Assembly: GCF_006345805.1 (NCBI RefSeq) | Contig: NC_043009.1 | Coordinates: forward strand, 16,430,001 to 16,494,000 | Reading direction: 5' to 3' | DNA: 64,000 nucleotides | Source: Octopus sinensis | Taxonomy: Eukaryota | Shown: piece after piece, positions 1 through 11,892 of the stretch | How positions within the stretch are numbered: position 1 is the stretch's first letter | Layout: every line of letters starts with the position of its first letter | Notes under the pieces: model-generated | What the model was told of the DNA's origin: nothing | Seen by the model: the letters and a program-made list of their open reading frames with translations, nothing else | Databases searched by the model: none | Position numbers and translations under genes: made by a program

Positions 1-746
1 CACACACACACATGCACACATGCACACACACATATATATACATATCTATGTATATATATGAGAGAGAGAGGGAGGTAAGACAGATTGCATTAGCTCCGTG
101 GAAATTGAATCAGGTATAGGTGTCTACTTTCAAATGCAGTAACTTAATACAGGATTCATGTACAGAGTTATCGTCTTTGTATTTAATACAAATAATGATA
201 TATTCTTTAGACAATTACATGACATATATCGAACAATCCATTAAAGTACACAGTTTCATCGAGTAAACAAAGAACATATGCGAAGCACCATCACATACAA
301 AATCTTCTTACTAACATCATGTCTGAGCGTGTGTGTGTGATTGTGTGCGTGTGCGTGCATTCTTCCTTACTTTGGACATTGTATTCAATTCAATATCATT
401 ACCTATTGAAGGTTTTTCAATTAATATTAAAATATATACACGTGACTGTAGGTATTCAGCTAATGGGATATCAAGATTTAAAGCTTATCACTGAGCAACT
501 ATTTCTGCAGCGATGTTTGATTCTTGACAGGTGCTGTTAATATAGATATGTCAGGTAATAAAATTTTAAAAATAAATCCATTGGTAATCTAGATTAAGTC
601 AGCGTCTGTATGTTAACTAATGTATAATTAAATGATATCTAGGTCACACGAGCGAATATGATGTCAATATGTTTGCATGTGTGTGTCTGTGTGTGTATGT
701 TTGAGTAGTGGAATAGCTTGCCACTTCAATTCGCCAAGCCAGTTAC

Positions 747-851
747 CTGGCATATAGCAGTTCGCGGGGTTTTTACAACACCTGTTTCCTATCTCTGTCG
801 TGAACGTCAGGTTGTTGCTTTTCCTGGTATCAATAACCAACTTGTCTTTCT
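747..851 (-). CDS. Candidate isolated host-gene exon (105 bp, phase 1-1), product unknown
   Basis: Minus strand reads tttcag|AG AAA GAC...ATG CCA G|gtaact: canonical acceptor and donor, open frame (E)KDKLVIDTRKSNNLTFTTEIGNRCCKNPANCYMP, non-repetitive sequence between CA/GT microsatellites. No partner exons found. Confidence 0.4.
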
Positions 852-857
852 CTGAAA

Positions 858-1041
858 TACACACACACACACGCGCGCGCGCACAGACACACACGTACAC
901 ACACACACAGTACGCACACGCGCACATACGCTTACGCACGTACATACACAGGTGCACGCACACGCACGCACGCACATGCATGCACACGCATGCACATACG
1001 CACCCCACATACACGCACGCGCACACACACACACACACACC
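858..1041. repeat. Imperfect (CA)n/(CG) microsatellite
   Basis: Directly visible dinucleotide run; it produces the overlapping CV/HT-rich ORFs. Confidence 0.95.
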
Positions 1042-1139
1042 TCAGTAAACGTTTTACGTGCACTTTCACAACATCTCCCTTTTTCTTTCCATATGGAGGA
1101 GATCCCCTTCGATCATGAATGAGCATGGGATTACACCTC

Positions 1140-1238
1140 CGAACACTAAGTCATGAGCACAATCAAGTACCCCAAATATATCCAAAATAGAAACTCTCTA
1201 GCCCGGGGTACTTGATTGTGCTCATGACTTAGTTTTCG
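1140..1238. repeat. Inverted repeat / hairpin with 29-bp perfect arms
   Basis: 1145-1173 ACTAAGTCATGAGCACAATCAAGTACCCC is the exact reverse complement of 1205-1233; 31-nt loop. Confidence 0.95.
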
Positions 1239-1286
1239 CTTCTTCCATGAGTATAAGTAAGTATTTCACTTATTTCTTTGCCGCAT

Positions 1287-1347
1287 TTATCACTGATGAA
1301 GGGAAGGTTCTTATGAACTAGCTCTGAAATCGGGTCCGATATGGTAA
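1287..1347 (+). ncRNA. Type I hammerhead ribozyme motif
   Basis: Stem I TTATCA/TGGTAA, core CTGATGA (1293-1299), stem II AGGG/CTCT with inner GTTC/GAAC, GAAA (1326-1329), stem III TCGG/CCGA, AUA cleavage triplet. Confidence 0.8.
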
Positions 1348-1507
1348 TAACGGGATTTTTTAGAAATTTCTGTCGGCTTTATTCGAAACGCGTGCTTGTA
1401 GTGATAAATTACATGGTTATTGTCGTTGTCTATTTTTTGGCATATTTTGATATTAGAATTTTTTTCTTTTGCCCTTACTTATAGATATATATATAGATAC
1501 ATATATA

Positions 1508-1648
1508 TACGACGGGCTTCTTTCAGTTTCCGTCTACCAAATCCACTCACAAGGCTTTGGTCGGCCCGAAGCTATAGTAGAAGACATTTGCCCAAGGTAC
1601 CATGCAGTGGAACAGAACCCAGAACCATGTGGTTTGTAAGCAAGCTAC
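1508..1648 (-). mobile_element. SINE family A (tRNA-derived), head fragment
   Basis: Matches the head of the full copies at 12486-12945 and 26897-27317; truncated after AAGCAAGCTAC. Confidence 0.9.
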
Positions 1649-3920
1649 ATTATTTCAAAAATGTTACCATAAAGGCATGATGCAGAGTAGCTTGCGGGCT
1701 GGACAAAGACATTGATGAGGTGAATGATGATAAGGATCATACTAATGGAAGCAGACATAAAACGCCCGCCGATTTTCTGCTTCTCTAAAACATTATTCAT
1801 TTTTTTTCCACAGAAAAAGACAAAATGAGGTAATGAACCTCTTACTTCAGTTTTACAAATTTTGGGACTTATAGCGTAATTAAGAATTGGGGAGTTAAGC
1901 CTCTTAAACACAATAAACATTAAACATTGTAACACCGAGGCTTTTTAACCTCTTGTCATTATTCCTCCCCGTCATCGCTTGTGCCTGTATACTCCACCAT
2001 CTCCCACGCCTCATTCATGACCAAGGCGGGATCCGAGCCGGCGTCGCCTGGCCACAAGCGATATTCTTCATTGAGTTCCTGCAGCCTAAATCCCACAGAC
2101 ACCGTTATGACCTCCACAGCTATCTTCGGAGGCCATTCGGGATCCTGTGTGAAGGTTAAAGGTACTCCCTTATGGTGCTTTTCCACCACCTTTTCTACCT
2201 CTCCGCCTCTGTAGAAGAATACCAATAGTTCCTCCTCCTCCGGGTTTGAAGTAGTCAATTTTACCGTTTGCGGCACAGTTCCCCCAACGGTGTCTCTTCC
2301 CTGACGGTGGCACAACTCCTACCGGCAAGGTTCCGGGACATTCCGGTGCTATGTCACCGACTGCCGGCAATGTCCCGTTTCTCATCCTTTTCCTCTTTTT
2401 TTTCATCTCAGCTGAAAGAGGGTGCGTCTCCTCCGTGACCGGGAGATTCACCTCCTCTCCCTCATCCCCAGGATCCTTCGGTGAGCACCCATTGTTGCTC
2501 ACTTTCTTCCTTTTGCGGCCCTTCCTTGAGGAGCCCTCCGTCTCCTCAGCCGCCTTTCTTCCTTCTTTTACAGAGGTCTCAATTGACTGCTCCAGGACTC
2601 CGCCTTGCTCCCGAGGACAGTTCTTCTTTATATGGCCAGGCTCCAGGCACCGATGACACCTGGGTGAAGACCCTCAAGAATCACCGAGTACTTGCACCCG
2701 GCCATTTTCAAAAAATCTGGCCTAACCAGATTCGTTGCTGATTGGGTCCACAGGGTCAAAACAGCTTTTGACCCAACCCAATCAGCCGCAGGAGGATCCT
2801 GGCTCCGCTGCCACCCAGACCCTGACGGATAGTATCCTCTATGCACTGGGGTTCAATTCCGGGTGGCAAACCACAGACCCAGGCCCTCGTAAATTTTTTC
2901 CCACAATAAGTGGGAAGAAACAAAATTTCTTTACCCTCAACAGGCTGGCTCGCAAAACTGCGAGTCTCCTCTGGGATGTCAAACAGCAACCACACCTTTG
3001 CATGTTTGACTCCCCTAGAAATATACTTAATGGTAGGCAGATGTTCTGCCAACTCCTGCTCAGTCATCTGCTTGGAGAAGACGGCAATGGTGTCGAGAAC
3101 CTTCGAATACGTTCTCAACACCACCGTCCTCTCCTCTTGCTGTCTGAACCACTCCTTAGGTGGGACAATCTCTCACTCTACAATCAATCTTATCCGTATT
3201 TTTTGCCATGATTTAAATTAAAATAATAAAAAAAAGTCCAAAACAATAGTTCACAAAAAAGGAAAGAGAGAATTCAAAAGAAAGCAAAAGAGAAGAAGAA
3301 AAAAAGCAAACAGTTCAATAAAAAAAAAGTCACAATAGAAGAAGACAATAGTTTAAAAAAACAGCAAAAAAATATTCTTGGCATTCATGTACTCCAAGCC
3401 CTTATGGTACTCTAATTCGAACCTGGACTGCTCCACTTGAATACAGCTTTCCAACGTAGTTATAAAATACACACTATTTACAAACAGCGAACGACTTTTG
3501 ATGGCAGTAAACGTCACCAAACTATATTTCTCACAATGGGAAAAATTTTTCATTTCATATGAACACTTGAAATACAGTTTTCCAGTAATAGTAAATGCTA
3601 TTGTTGTAAAAACATACACTGTTAAAAAGTGAACAATTTTTGGTTAAAGGATACGCCCACAAAACTGTACTTTTCACAACGAGAAAAAAATTTTCATTTA
3701 CTATGGACCATGTTGCTGAACAGCAAGTAGACCAACATCCTGAATCCATTGAGGATTCCCTGTTTGTAAAACATATAAGCACAGACAACGACCCTCACTG
3801 GATCCAAGAGAAAAGTCTTACCTTGCAGCAGCTTCTTTTTGGCAGGATAAACACTGTCGGCTATCTTCTTCAGTGCACAACACAATGACGCATGCGTACA
3901 CTGGCAACAAAGACTCATGG
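1649..3920 (-). mobile_element. Tx1/L1-type element with only a disrupted ORF1 (gag-like, CCHC knuckle)
   Basis: ORF pieces 2756-3124, 2170-2502 and 1959-2315; zinc knuckle CHRCLEPGHIKKNC at ~2607-2650; similar to ORF1 at 56483-57154 (YISRG/YIARG, LPTYCG/LPTYVG, LPP/VPP). No endonuclease or RT follows the stop at ~1959. Outer limits are inferred. Confidence 0.7.
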
Positions 3921-3971
3921 GAAGTCTCAAAGACTCATGGGAAGTATGCAGGCTACTTGGTAAGTAAGCTA

Positions 3972-6960
3972 CTTTATTAGGCGTTACATAGAGGGGACAT
4001 ACAAGGACAGATAAACATACAGAGTGAAGTAGCTTAAGAATGTTTTAAAAATTTACAATATGATGGGTAAAAATTTCAATGTAAGTTAACAAATTTAATG
4101 TTACATAGTAGGGCAAGGAAACCAGCCATCTGGATAGAACCTTTACTTCTTGATCCGGCCATACTTACCTGGTGCCAAACATACCAAGCTTGCAAGCCAC
4201 TGGCTTCCATCTTTTCACAAACATATCTCGTGACAGACACCTCTTCTCCAGCCTGACCTTACTACCGAGGTGGTAACTAAAAACGTTAACCAACCCCTGG
4301 CCGGAGACAAAGGTAGCTGTCACTATAACGTCTTCCATAGTGTTTCTTTCAGTATGGCTACTACACAGGAAAAACAAACCTTCCTTTCCCTGCTGAGGAA
4401 AGGAGGTGACACAATCTCAATGATAGACCCAGCCGATAGCTGTATTCTTCCCATCACTGACGACAGTTGTTCGGCAAAAGCAATCAGTCCCGATAACTCC
4501 GGGCACTCCACGAATGCGTGCAAGATGGTTTCCCTATCCCGCTCACATCGCGGACATGTCGGCGAGACGGCACTTCCGTGCCTTAACTGCTTGTCGCGAA
4601 CAGGTAATGCCGCACGGAAACAATGCCAGGCCAGGGATTTCTGGTAATTATCCAGATGCCTCGCTCCGAACGTTCTCCAGAACAGGTTGACCAACTGATT
4701 TTCATCGTAGCTCAGGGTCTCCCCCAAGACATCTTCTGACATAAATTCCACTAACCCGCTTTAGAAATCCGCGGTGAAACTCCTGTTGTCGGTGTTGCCC
4801 ACCCAAGAGAGTAGCTGGAGTGCCGTCAGGCACTCCACATGCCATTCCCCCAGTTTAGGTCTCCGCTTGATCTATGTACCTATGTCCGTTAAGGACGTTA
4901 ACTGGGGAAGGTAGAACCGAACGTGTGGTGACCACACCTGCTCTCCATCCAGGTAAAGCTAGAGGTGCCTCAACCTTAACGCGAGTTTTCGCATCTTCAG
5001 ACAAGGCATCCCTAGCCCACCCTTTAGCGGTTTCTAGCAACAGACAGAGCGCTTTACAAGTGGCTTTGCTCCTTTCCACAAATCGAGGCAAGGCACCACG
5101 GTCAGACGGTAGGTGATTACTGACGCTATAAACATATGCACCACCTCCGCCCTCCCTAGCCTGGACAACGCCCGTCCAGATCAGGTCTGGGTTAGAGCGG
5201 TCACTCTGCTGGCCACCTCACTCCAATTTTTCTCTATCTGGAGGTCTGGACCAATCCAGACTCCGAGCAGCTTAACAGGACCTTCCATCCAACGCCCCGC
5301 GACGTTATTGGACGGCATCAGCTTGCCCCTCCATTGCCGAATCGTAAACCGACCGACTTGTCCTTGTTAACCTTTGCTCTTGCCATCGCCTCGTAGCCTT
5401 TAATGGCCTCTTCCACCACTGGAAGCTGGCCTTCATCCGCCACGATTATGGGGATGTCATCTGCATACGCTGTAGCTCCTCTTCCACACCATAAATCATT
5501 CGGCGCGCCCCCTAGTGCCTCCAACTTCCGCAGCAAAGGCCCAAGAGCCAACACAGAAGCGGGGACAGGGGACACCCCTGACGAACTGAACGGCTTCGAA
5601 AAGAAACCGTTCACCTTGACGACAGACTCGATGTCGCGATCCCACCTCGAAAGGTCAGGCCCAGGCCAGTCTCCCTGAGGACCGCCGCCAAGTACCGATG
5701 GTCGACTCTATCAAATGCTTTAGACTGGTTTAAATGCACCAGTGCCCCCCCTGCGCCAGAAAGTTTCCTCACCTTCTCTAAGGTGTAGCGTAGAAGGTGG
5801 AGATTGTCGTGGATTGACCTGCTCGGGACAGCACAAGTTTGCGCCACCCCGACAAGTTTGTCCACGACCCGCGCCAACCTTTTTGCCAACACCTTGGCCA
5901 AAATCTTTAACTCTGTGTTACCTATCTCGCCACCTTTGCTCGGGTCCTTTCTGATCAGCACCACCCAACCCACTCCACCCCCAGCTCACAAACTTGGGAA
6001 TTCTCCCATTCTGCTGCCAGTTAGCGTAGACGCTAGCCAGCAGGTGCCCGAACAAGTCTGGCATACTTTTATAAAACTCATAGGGCAGACCATCGAGACC
6101 CGGCGACTTTGACCCGGGGCACTCGCCCAACACCATGATTACTTCCTCGGCTGTGATTGGCCCGTCACAGCACTCAGCCTCTCGTGCCGAGAGACGCGAG
6201 CCACCAGACAGGAAATCCCTAAGGGCCTCCAGCGTCCCGCACCTCCCGAACAACTCGGCGAAGTGCCTGTAAAGCGCCTCACACATCTCATCCCGCTCCT
6301 TGACCGTACATCCGTTTTCGTCAACAGGCGACCTAATTGTGGCATCGTTGTCACGCTGGGTTTCTATCGTACGGGCCCATCCGGCAACATTAATTCCCTC
6401 ACGGTCCAATGCTCGCACTTTAGCCCGAACTCTACACCCCTCATGTTTGGCTTTGAGGTGACGGTCTTATGCCGTTCTCGCCGCCAAAATGTGAGATGCA
6501 GAGCCTAACCTCAACGCCTCCTCTAAGTTCTTAACTAGTTGCCCTTCTATTCTAGCCCTGTCTAGTCTTAGTTGTTTACTAAACCTAATGGACTCGAATC
6601 GGATGGCTCTTTTGAGGGCGGACCACCACCAGTTATTAACCACGGCTCCAGTTAACGCCCTCTGCACTAACTCCTTAATCCGGCTACGGTATGTCTCACA
6701 AGTAAAAATATACTTTTTCAGCTTCCAGTTGCCAGGTCCTATCTTAAGTGTGCTACCTATGTCCAGTCTACACTTGACCATTCTATGGTCAGTGTAGGAC
6801 ACCTGGACAAGCTGTGAACAACTAAAACTAGACTTATCTCTACTTCTTATCACTATCCTATCTAGATAAGATTTGAACCTTCCGTCGCCACTCATCCAGG
6901 TCCACTCTGGGACGTTCGGATGGTCAAGTCTGTAACGATCTACCAGCTGAAAATGCTTGT
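3972..6960 (-). mobile_element. 5'-truncated Tx1/L1-clade LINE, decayed ORF2 (APE end, RT, C-terminal Cys/His domain) plus 3' UTR
   Basis: SYLDRI and YTDH (APE), KSPGLDGLPYEFY, QSKAFDRVDH, AYADD (RT), CPRC...ETILHAFVEC; several frameshifts and deletions. Confidence 0.93.
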
Positions 6961-7332
6961 ATAACATATTATGCTTTACATATATAAAAATACCAGTAAT
7001 TATTAAAATATATAACGTAGAACATAGAAAGTAGTATAGTTTCTTAGAGATAAATAACAACTTAGTGAAATAACTTGTACGGTCACTTTTGGTCTTTTGT
7101 CCCTTATTTGAATTTGGTCCGAATAACTTCCAACGTACAATTTTAACCCTATATTACACATATGGTTGAGTAAATATACAAATGATTCTCCTAATTAGAC
7201 AGATACATGTAATATTATATACTGTCTTTTTAATAAATTTGTATTAACTTATCTTTCATATGCAGTCTATTAAAACAATATCCCCTTAGTAATATTACTT
7301 TAACCTAAAATACAAATATATATATATATATA

Positions 7333-7864
7333 CTAGCAGTATCGCCCGGCGTTGCTCGGGTTTGTAAGGGAAATAACTATATAAGCATTTTTAGAGAGTT
7401 ATAGCAAAAAAATGCATTAAAAATGGAATAAATAATGATGATAATTTTTTTTTTAAATCGTTGACTCAGTGTCTTCAAGCCATGAAGTCGTTGTTCTAAA
7501 AGAACGCTGGTCTCCTTGACAACGCTTTACGACGTTGATTTCCTTACACTCCCTTCCCCACAGCTTCACGAGGGAGGGAAGAAGGGGGAGAAGCAAACAG
7601 GTGCAGCTGTGAGCGTGGACGCCAACTCCGCCGCCATCGACACACGAAAAATTATGCATTAAAATGGAATAAAAAATTATGTTAAATTATTTTTTAAATC
7701 GTAGACTCATCGTAGACGCGCGCTAATAGCCAGACGGGCTCGATATGAATTACGACTATAAGATACCCGAATTTGGTTAAACTGCACCGCAAAATGTGGG
7801 AGTAGTTAGGAATCTAAATCGAAGGGGACAGACACTCACACAACTACAGTTTTATATATATAGA
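7333..7864 (-). mobile_element. Non-autonomous Helitron
   Basis: Minus strand starts TCTATATA, ends with a GC hairpin (CCCGAGCAACGCCGGG) and CTAG; inserted between A and T in (TA)n. Confidence 0.8.
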
Positions 7865-7869
7865 TATAT

Positions 7870-8086
7870 ATAGTTAATCCAAACGAGAGAGCACAAAAAA
7901 AACACAACAACGCGAGGACGTGGAACAAATATAGAATTATTGGACGCTCAGGAAAGAAGGAAAGAAGGAGGGTTTAACGTTTCGAGCGGAGCTCTTCGTC
8001 GTAAACATAGGAGAAGGAAAGATCCAGAGAAGGGAAGACAGAGGGAAAAAAATCGCCAACGGTACACACGAGGTCACATTTTGAAA
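7870..8086 (-). mobile_element. Penelope-type pseudo-LTR fragment with a degenerate minimal hammerhead (7972-8006)
   Basis: Minus strand GTTT aCGACGA AGAGC tcc GCTC GAAACGT T AAAC; the core deviates from CTGANGA; flanked by (TA)n. Confidence 0.55.
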
Positions 8087-8578
8087 AGCATATATATATA
8101 TATATATAAATTCATAAATTCATTCACATTTTCTTATAGATTGCATAATTTAACATAACTTAGTTTAATATAATATAAAAGAGTCAAGTCCCTATAGTAA
8201 TTTCTTTATTGACTTTTACTATCCTAGCTACTAATAGTTAACCTTGAGTTATTTGTTTTTTATTCGTATACATTTATATATTTTTGCCTACTTTGTTGTT
8301 TTTTGTTCTCGGTTATCCATTAACCAACCATAGCAAAATTATAGCCTTTCGAAACAATAGATGACCAATTAGATTACGGGACTGACCATAACCCCCTCCC
8401 CACTTCCCGCAGCATTTCAGCAACTCGATAAACAAAAGGTAACGGAAAATAATAAAGTATCTTGATTAATACCCGGAAATTTATTACTTCTAGTTGAATC
8501 TAACCCACTTATTATGGACCTTTATCTCAAGCCCTCAATAGAAAACATATCGCATATGTGTGTATATATATATATATA

Positions 8579-11500
8579 CTAGCAGCATAGACCGGCGTTG
8601 CCCGGGTATGTAAGAAACTTTGTCGATAAGCAATGCCCTTTACTTTTTTACCCTTTTTTGTACTCATTGGACCGTTATTTTGTAAAATGAAGCCTAAAAG
8701 GCATTAAGGCATTCAAGGCACCGTTCCCTTGCATGGATGAAGAAAAAACATGACAGTCAAAGTGCATTTTCTGGTTTTGTTTAGCACACCCAACCCAGTT
8801 CTGCGGGATCAGTGTCGCGACGGGAACGCATGGGCTGGGAGTTTGACCGGCAGAGGTGATAAGGTTGCACATGCCGGCCCTTTTGACACCCCCCCCCCGA
8901 ACCCAAGTTGGGTTCGGACCACAGCTAAGCCCTACCTAATCCTAACTTAAGTCTAGCGAAAGGAGGCTCGGGAGCCTCTAGTAGGCAACGACTAATCCCG
9001 ATCTAGTCCTTTCCCTCTAGGGAACGAAGGCGCATGTGTAGATTGTAACGTCTTCTCTTCACTCCAATACTTCTGTGTATACGACGTTCCTAGCTGTCCC
9101 TTTGGGCGAAAACATGAACACATCATTGCACCTCCCAACGCGTGAACAGCCCATGTAGAGTTGACCGTGGGCGAAGCACTGTTCGCCCAAATGTAACCCA
9201 GCGACTTGTAGCGTTTGGCCTTGGGATTTATTGATGGACATTGCGAAGCAGAGTTTAACAGGAAACTGAGAACGCCTGAAGTGGATTGGTAGGTCAGCGC
9301 CCGACGGTTGAAGATGCATGCGTGGAATGAAGACGTCCTCTCCCTTCCCACAACCGGTAAGTATTGTGGCCGTTATTAAATTTGGTGCCAAATGTTTCAC
9401 AACCAGACGTGTGCCATTGCACTGTTTAGGTGGAACCAAATTCCTGATGACGATAATGGGCGCACCGACTTTTAACTTCAGGATGTGTGGCGGCAGGCCT
9501 GGCGGTTCAAGTGAATTCAGGAATTCAACGGGTTAATCGGCAAGCTCGGCGGGGTCTGCTGTCCTATCTATAGATTTGTAGACGTGGACATCACCAGGAA
9601 TAGCTTCAAGTAGCTGGATATTGATGGAGCTGACGGTTGTATTTTTGGGTGCGAGAATAGCTCTGCCTGCCAGCCATTTTAGGTCGCGTAAATTGTTTTG
9701 TAGCTCGTGGAAGACAGCGTACCGGAGGCTAGCAGGGGTGTCGACAGTGGTACAAAGTGAGTCCAATTGAACGCAGCCGTCCGCATCAGCCGGCATCCTG
9801 TTTTCACCGAACGATAAAAGGTCCCTGGAGAAGGCAGCGGATCCGCTGTCACCAATCAACTGCGCGCGCATGTTATGTTTGCGGCGTTAGCAGCTTGGTG
9901 AGCTCTCCTCTGCTGTGGGGTTTCGGCAGATCGGGCCATGGCTGTGTTTGCGGCGTTAGCAGCTTGGCGAGCTCTACTCTGTTGAGGTGTTTTGGCAGAT
10001 CGAGCCGTGGCTGTGTTTGCGACGTCAGCAGCTTGGCGAGCTCTCTTCTGTTGAGGTGTTTCGGCAGATCGGGCCATAGCTGTGTTTGCGTTGTCAGCAG
10101 CTTGGCGAGTTCTCCTCTGCTGTGGGGTTTCGACAGATCATGTCCTGGCGGTGCTTGCGGCATTAGCCGCATTCCGAATGACCCTTTGTTCGGGGTTCTC
10201 GCGAGCTCTGCGGATGGAAGCACAGGAAGAAGCCCGCATGTTTTGGCTGGACTGTTGCTCTTTCATCAACCTCGAGCGGAGGGAAGATCTGTACGCTGCG
10301 GCCTTTGCAAGTCGGGTAGAACGGTCGCTAGTAGTTTCAGATGCCTGAGCAGCGGCAGACCTGGAAGCTTTTTGCGAGAGGCGCAAGGCGGTTTCCTCGT
10401 GGGTCTCGCGTGCTCTTCTAGCCCTAGCAGCCGATGCCTTGGCCGTCCGAGGGCTGAGGAGGGTCCTTCTCTTCTTGGGTGGCATATTGGTGGATAGCAA
10501 TGTGTTTGGCAAAGGTGTAATAAAAAGAAACACGTGGGGTAAGTATCCCAAAATATATAAAAATGTACAAAAACGGAAAAAATGCGGGCAGCAAGGTGAG
10601 GGACAACAACGAAAAAGCGAAAAGTGACCAAACTGAACAAAGGAATGGAGAAGGTTTTTTGCTGCACACGACAAAAGCGACTTATAATTAACCAAGAGTT
10701 TGCAAGTAGCGTCTGAGGACCCTTAGGGTACGTCAAAAATTTAAGGTAAAACGTTTGGGGTAGTAGTTATAAAGAAAGTTTAAACAAAAAAAGTATTCGA
10801 ATAACTTGCGGCTGCAGCAGCGATTAGCAGAAATAGGCCAACGTATGAAGCGAGCGGGTGTAAACCGAGAGAAGAAATGGGAGTCACAAACTATACACGC
10901 AAAACTGAGTGTGTCAGTGTATGTGATTGGCCAAAGGGTGTTTAATTGAGAGCATTGTTCACCGTTTGGGGAGCCAATGGGAAGAGCTCCAATCATCGTG
11001 TCAAGGACACGCGCGCACGTGCGCACACAACTGCAAACGCATCTACAGCCCAACATTGCTCGGATTTGAAGCAAAAGGAAAACATAGTAACCTTTATGAT
11101 AAAAGCGGCAAAAATCGACTAAATCGCCTGAAATCCGCCAACTATTTAACAAAAGTCAGTTTTGTAGGGTTCGCATGGTCGGTCTCAAAGTGATATGGTT
11201 TTGTCGATTTCTCCCAATACTTGTTAACTGCATTGACAAAAGGTCGTTAGTTTGATATTTAATACAAACTTGATGTCCAACATCGGTGTAGGGAAAATCT
11301 ATGTGAACTTTCAAAAAATATCGCAGAAAAATCGGTTTGCTATGTGTTCCACATATGATGTAATTAACCGATTTTTTCCAGTAATAACGTATCCTATTGG
11401 AATAAAAAAGCCATATAGCTCCTTGGAGCAGACATGATGCTCGCTGTGAATTTCAAAAAAAATTCCTGCCAATTTGTTGACGATATTGTCGAAAATATTT

Positions 11501-11890
11501 CATCTTGAATTTGAACGCGATTTCCCAAAATGGCATGATTTTATCGATTTTTCTGATGGTAAGGTATTGCATAGAAAACTAACGTCAGAATTAAGTTCCT
11601 TAGGGTAGCATTAAGCTTCATCATGAGTTTGGTGAAAATCGATTGCAAGTTGCGAAAACTACAACGGAAAACGTATTACATATGATAAGCTTAGATTCTC
11701 GACCCCATGTCGAATTTATCGATTTTTTTCAGAACTGGGGGAACTTTTCAAAATTTTCGCTGCTTTAGTTTTGAATTATGACATTGGGCTATGTGTGTAT
11801 CAAGTTTCATCAGAATCGGTTGAAAGCCGTGGTCAGGGTGAGGGTACAACCTGACAGACACACAGACAGATAATCTGCCTTTTATACATA
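8579..11890 (-). mobile_element. Internally deleted Helitron (RepHel N-terminus joined to PIF1-type helicase C-terminus)
   Basis: 3' hairpin CCGGGCAACGCCGG plus CTAG at 8579; helicase motifs [47 protein letters not shown] (9059-9871); basic N-terminus MPPKKRR at ~10485; no Rep/HUH domain. Confidence 0.92.
9872..10165 (-). repeat. 69-bp coding tandem repeat (23 aa, ARSAETPQQRRARQAAxAANTA) in the Helitron N-terminus
   Basis: GTTTGCG recurs at 9877, 9946, 10015 and 10084. Confidence 0.9.
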
Positions 11891-11892
11891 CA

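Noticed and set aside
664-1126. Long ORFs rich in CV/HT/YI/LSIY (here and at 12.6, 17, 33, 36 and 42 kb)
   Set aside because: Translations of microsatellites that lack stop codons; not genes.
4161-4172. ATACTTACCTGG, identical to the U1 snRNA 5' end
   Set aside because: The match stops after 12 nt and lies at the LINE ORF2 end; no U1 body. At most a consensus splice donor on the minus strand.
9872-10165. Regularly spaced repeats suggestive of a CRISPR array
   Set aside because: Contiguous 69-bp coding tandem units without unique spacers, in a eukaryotic transposon.
9757-10497. 246-aa plus-strand ORF
   Set aside because: Antisense shadow of the GC-rich Helitron repeat region.
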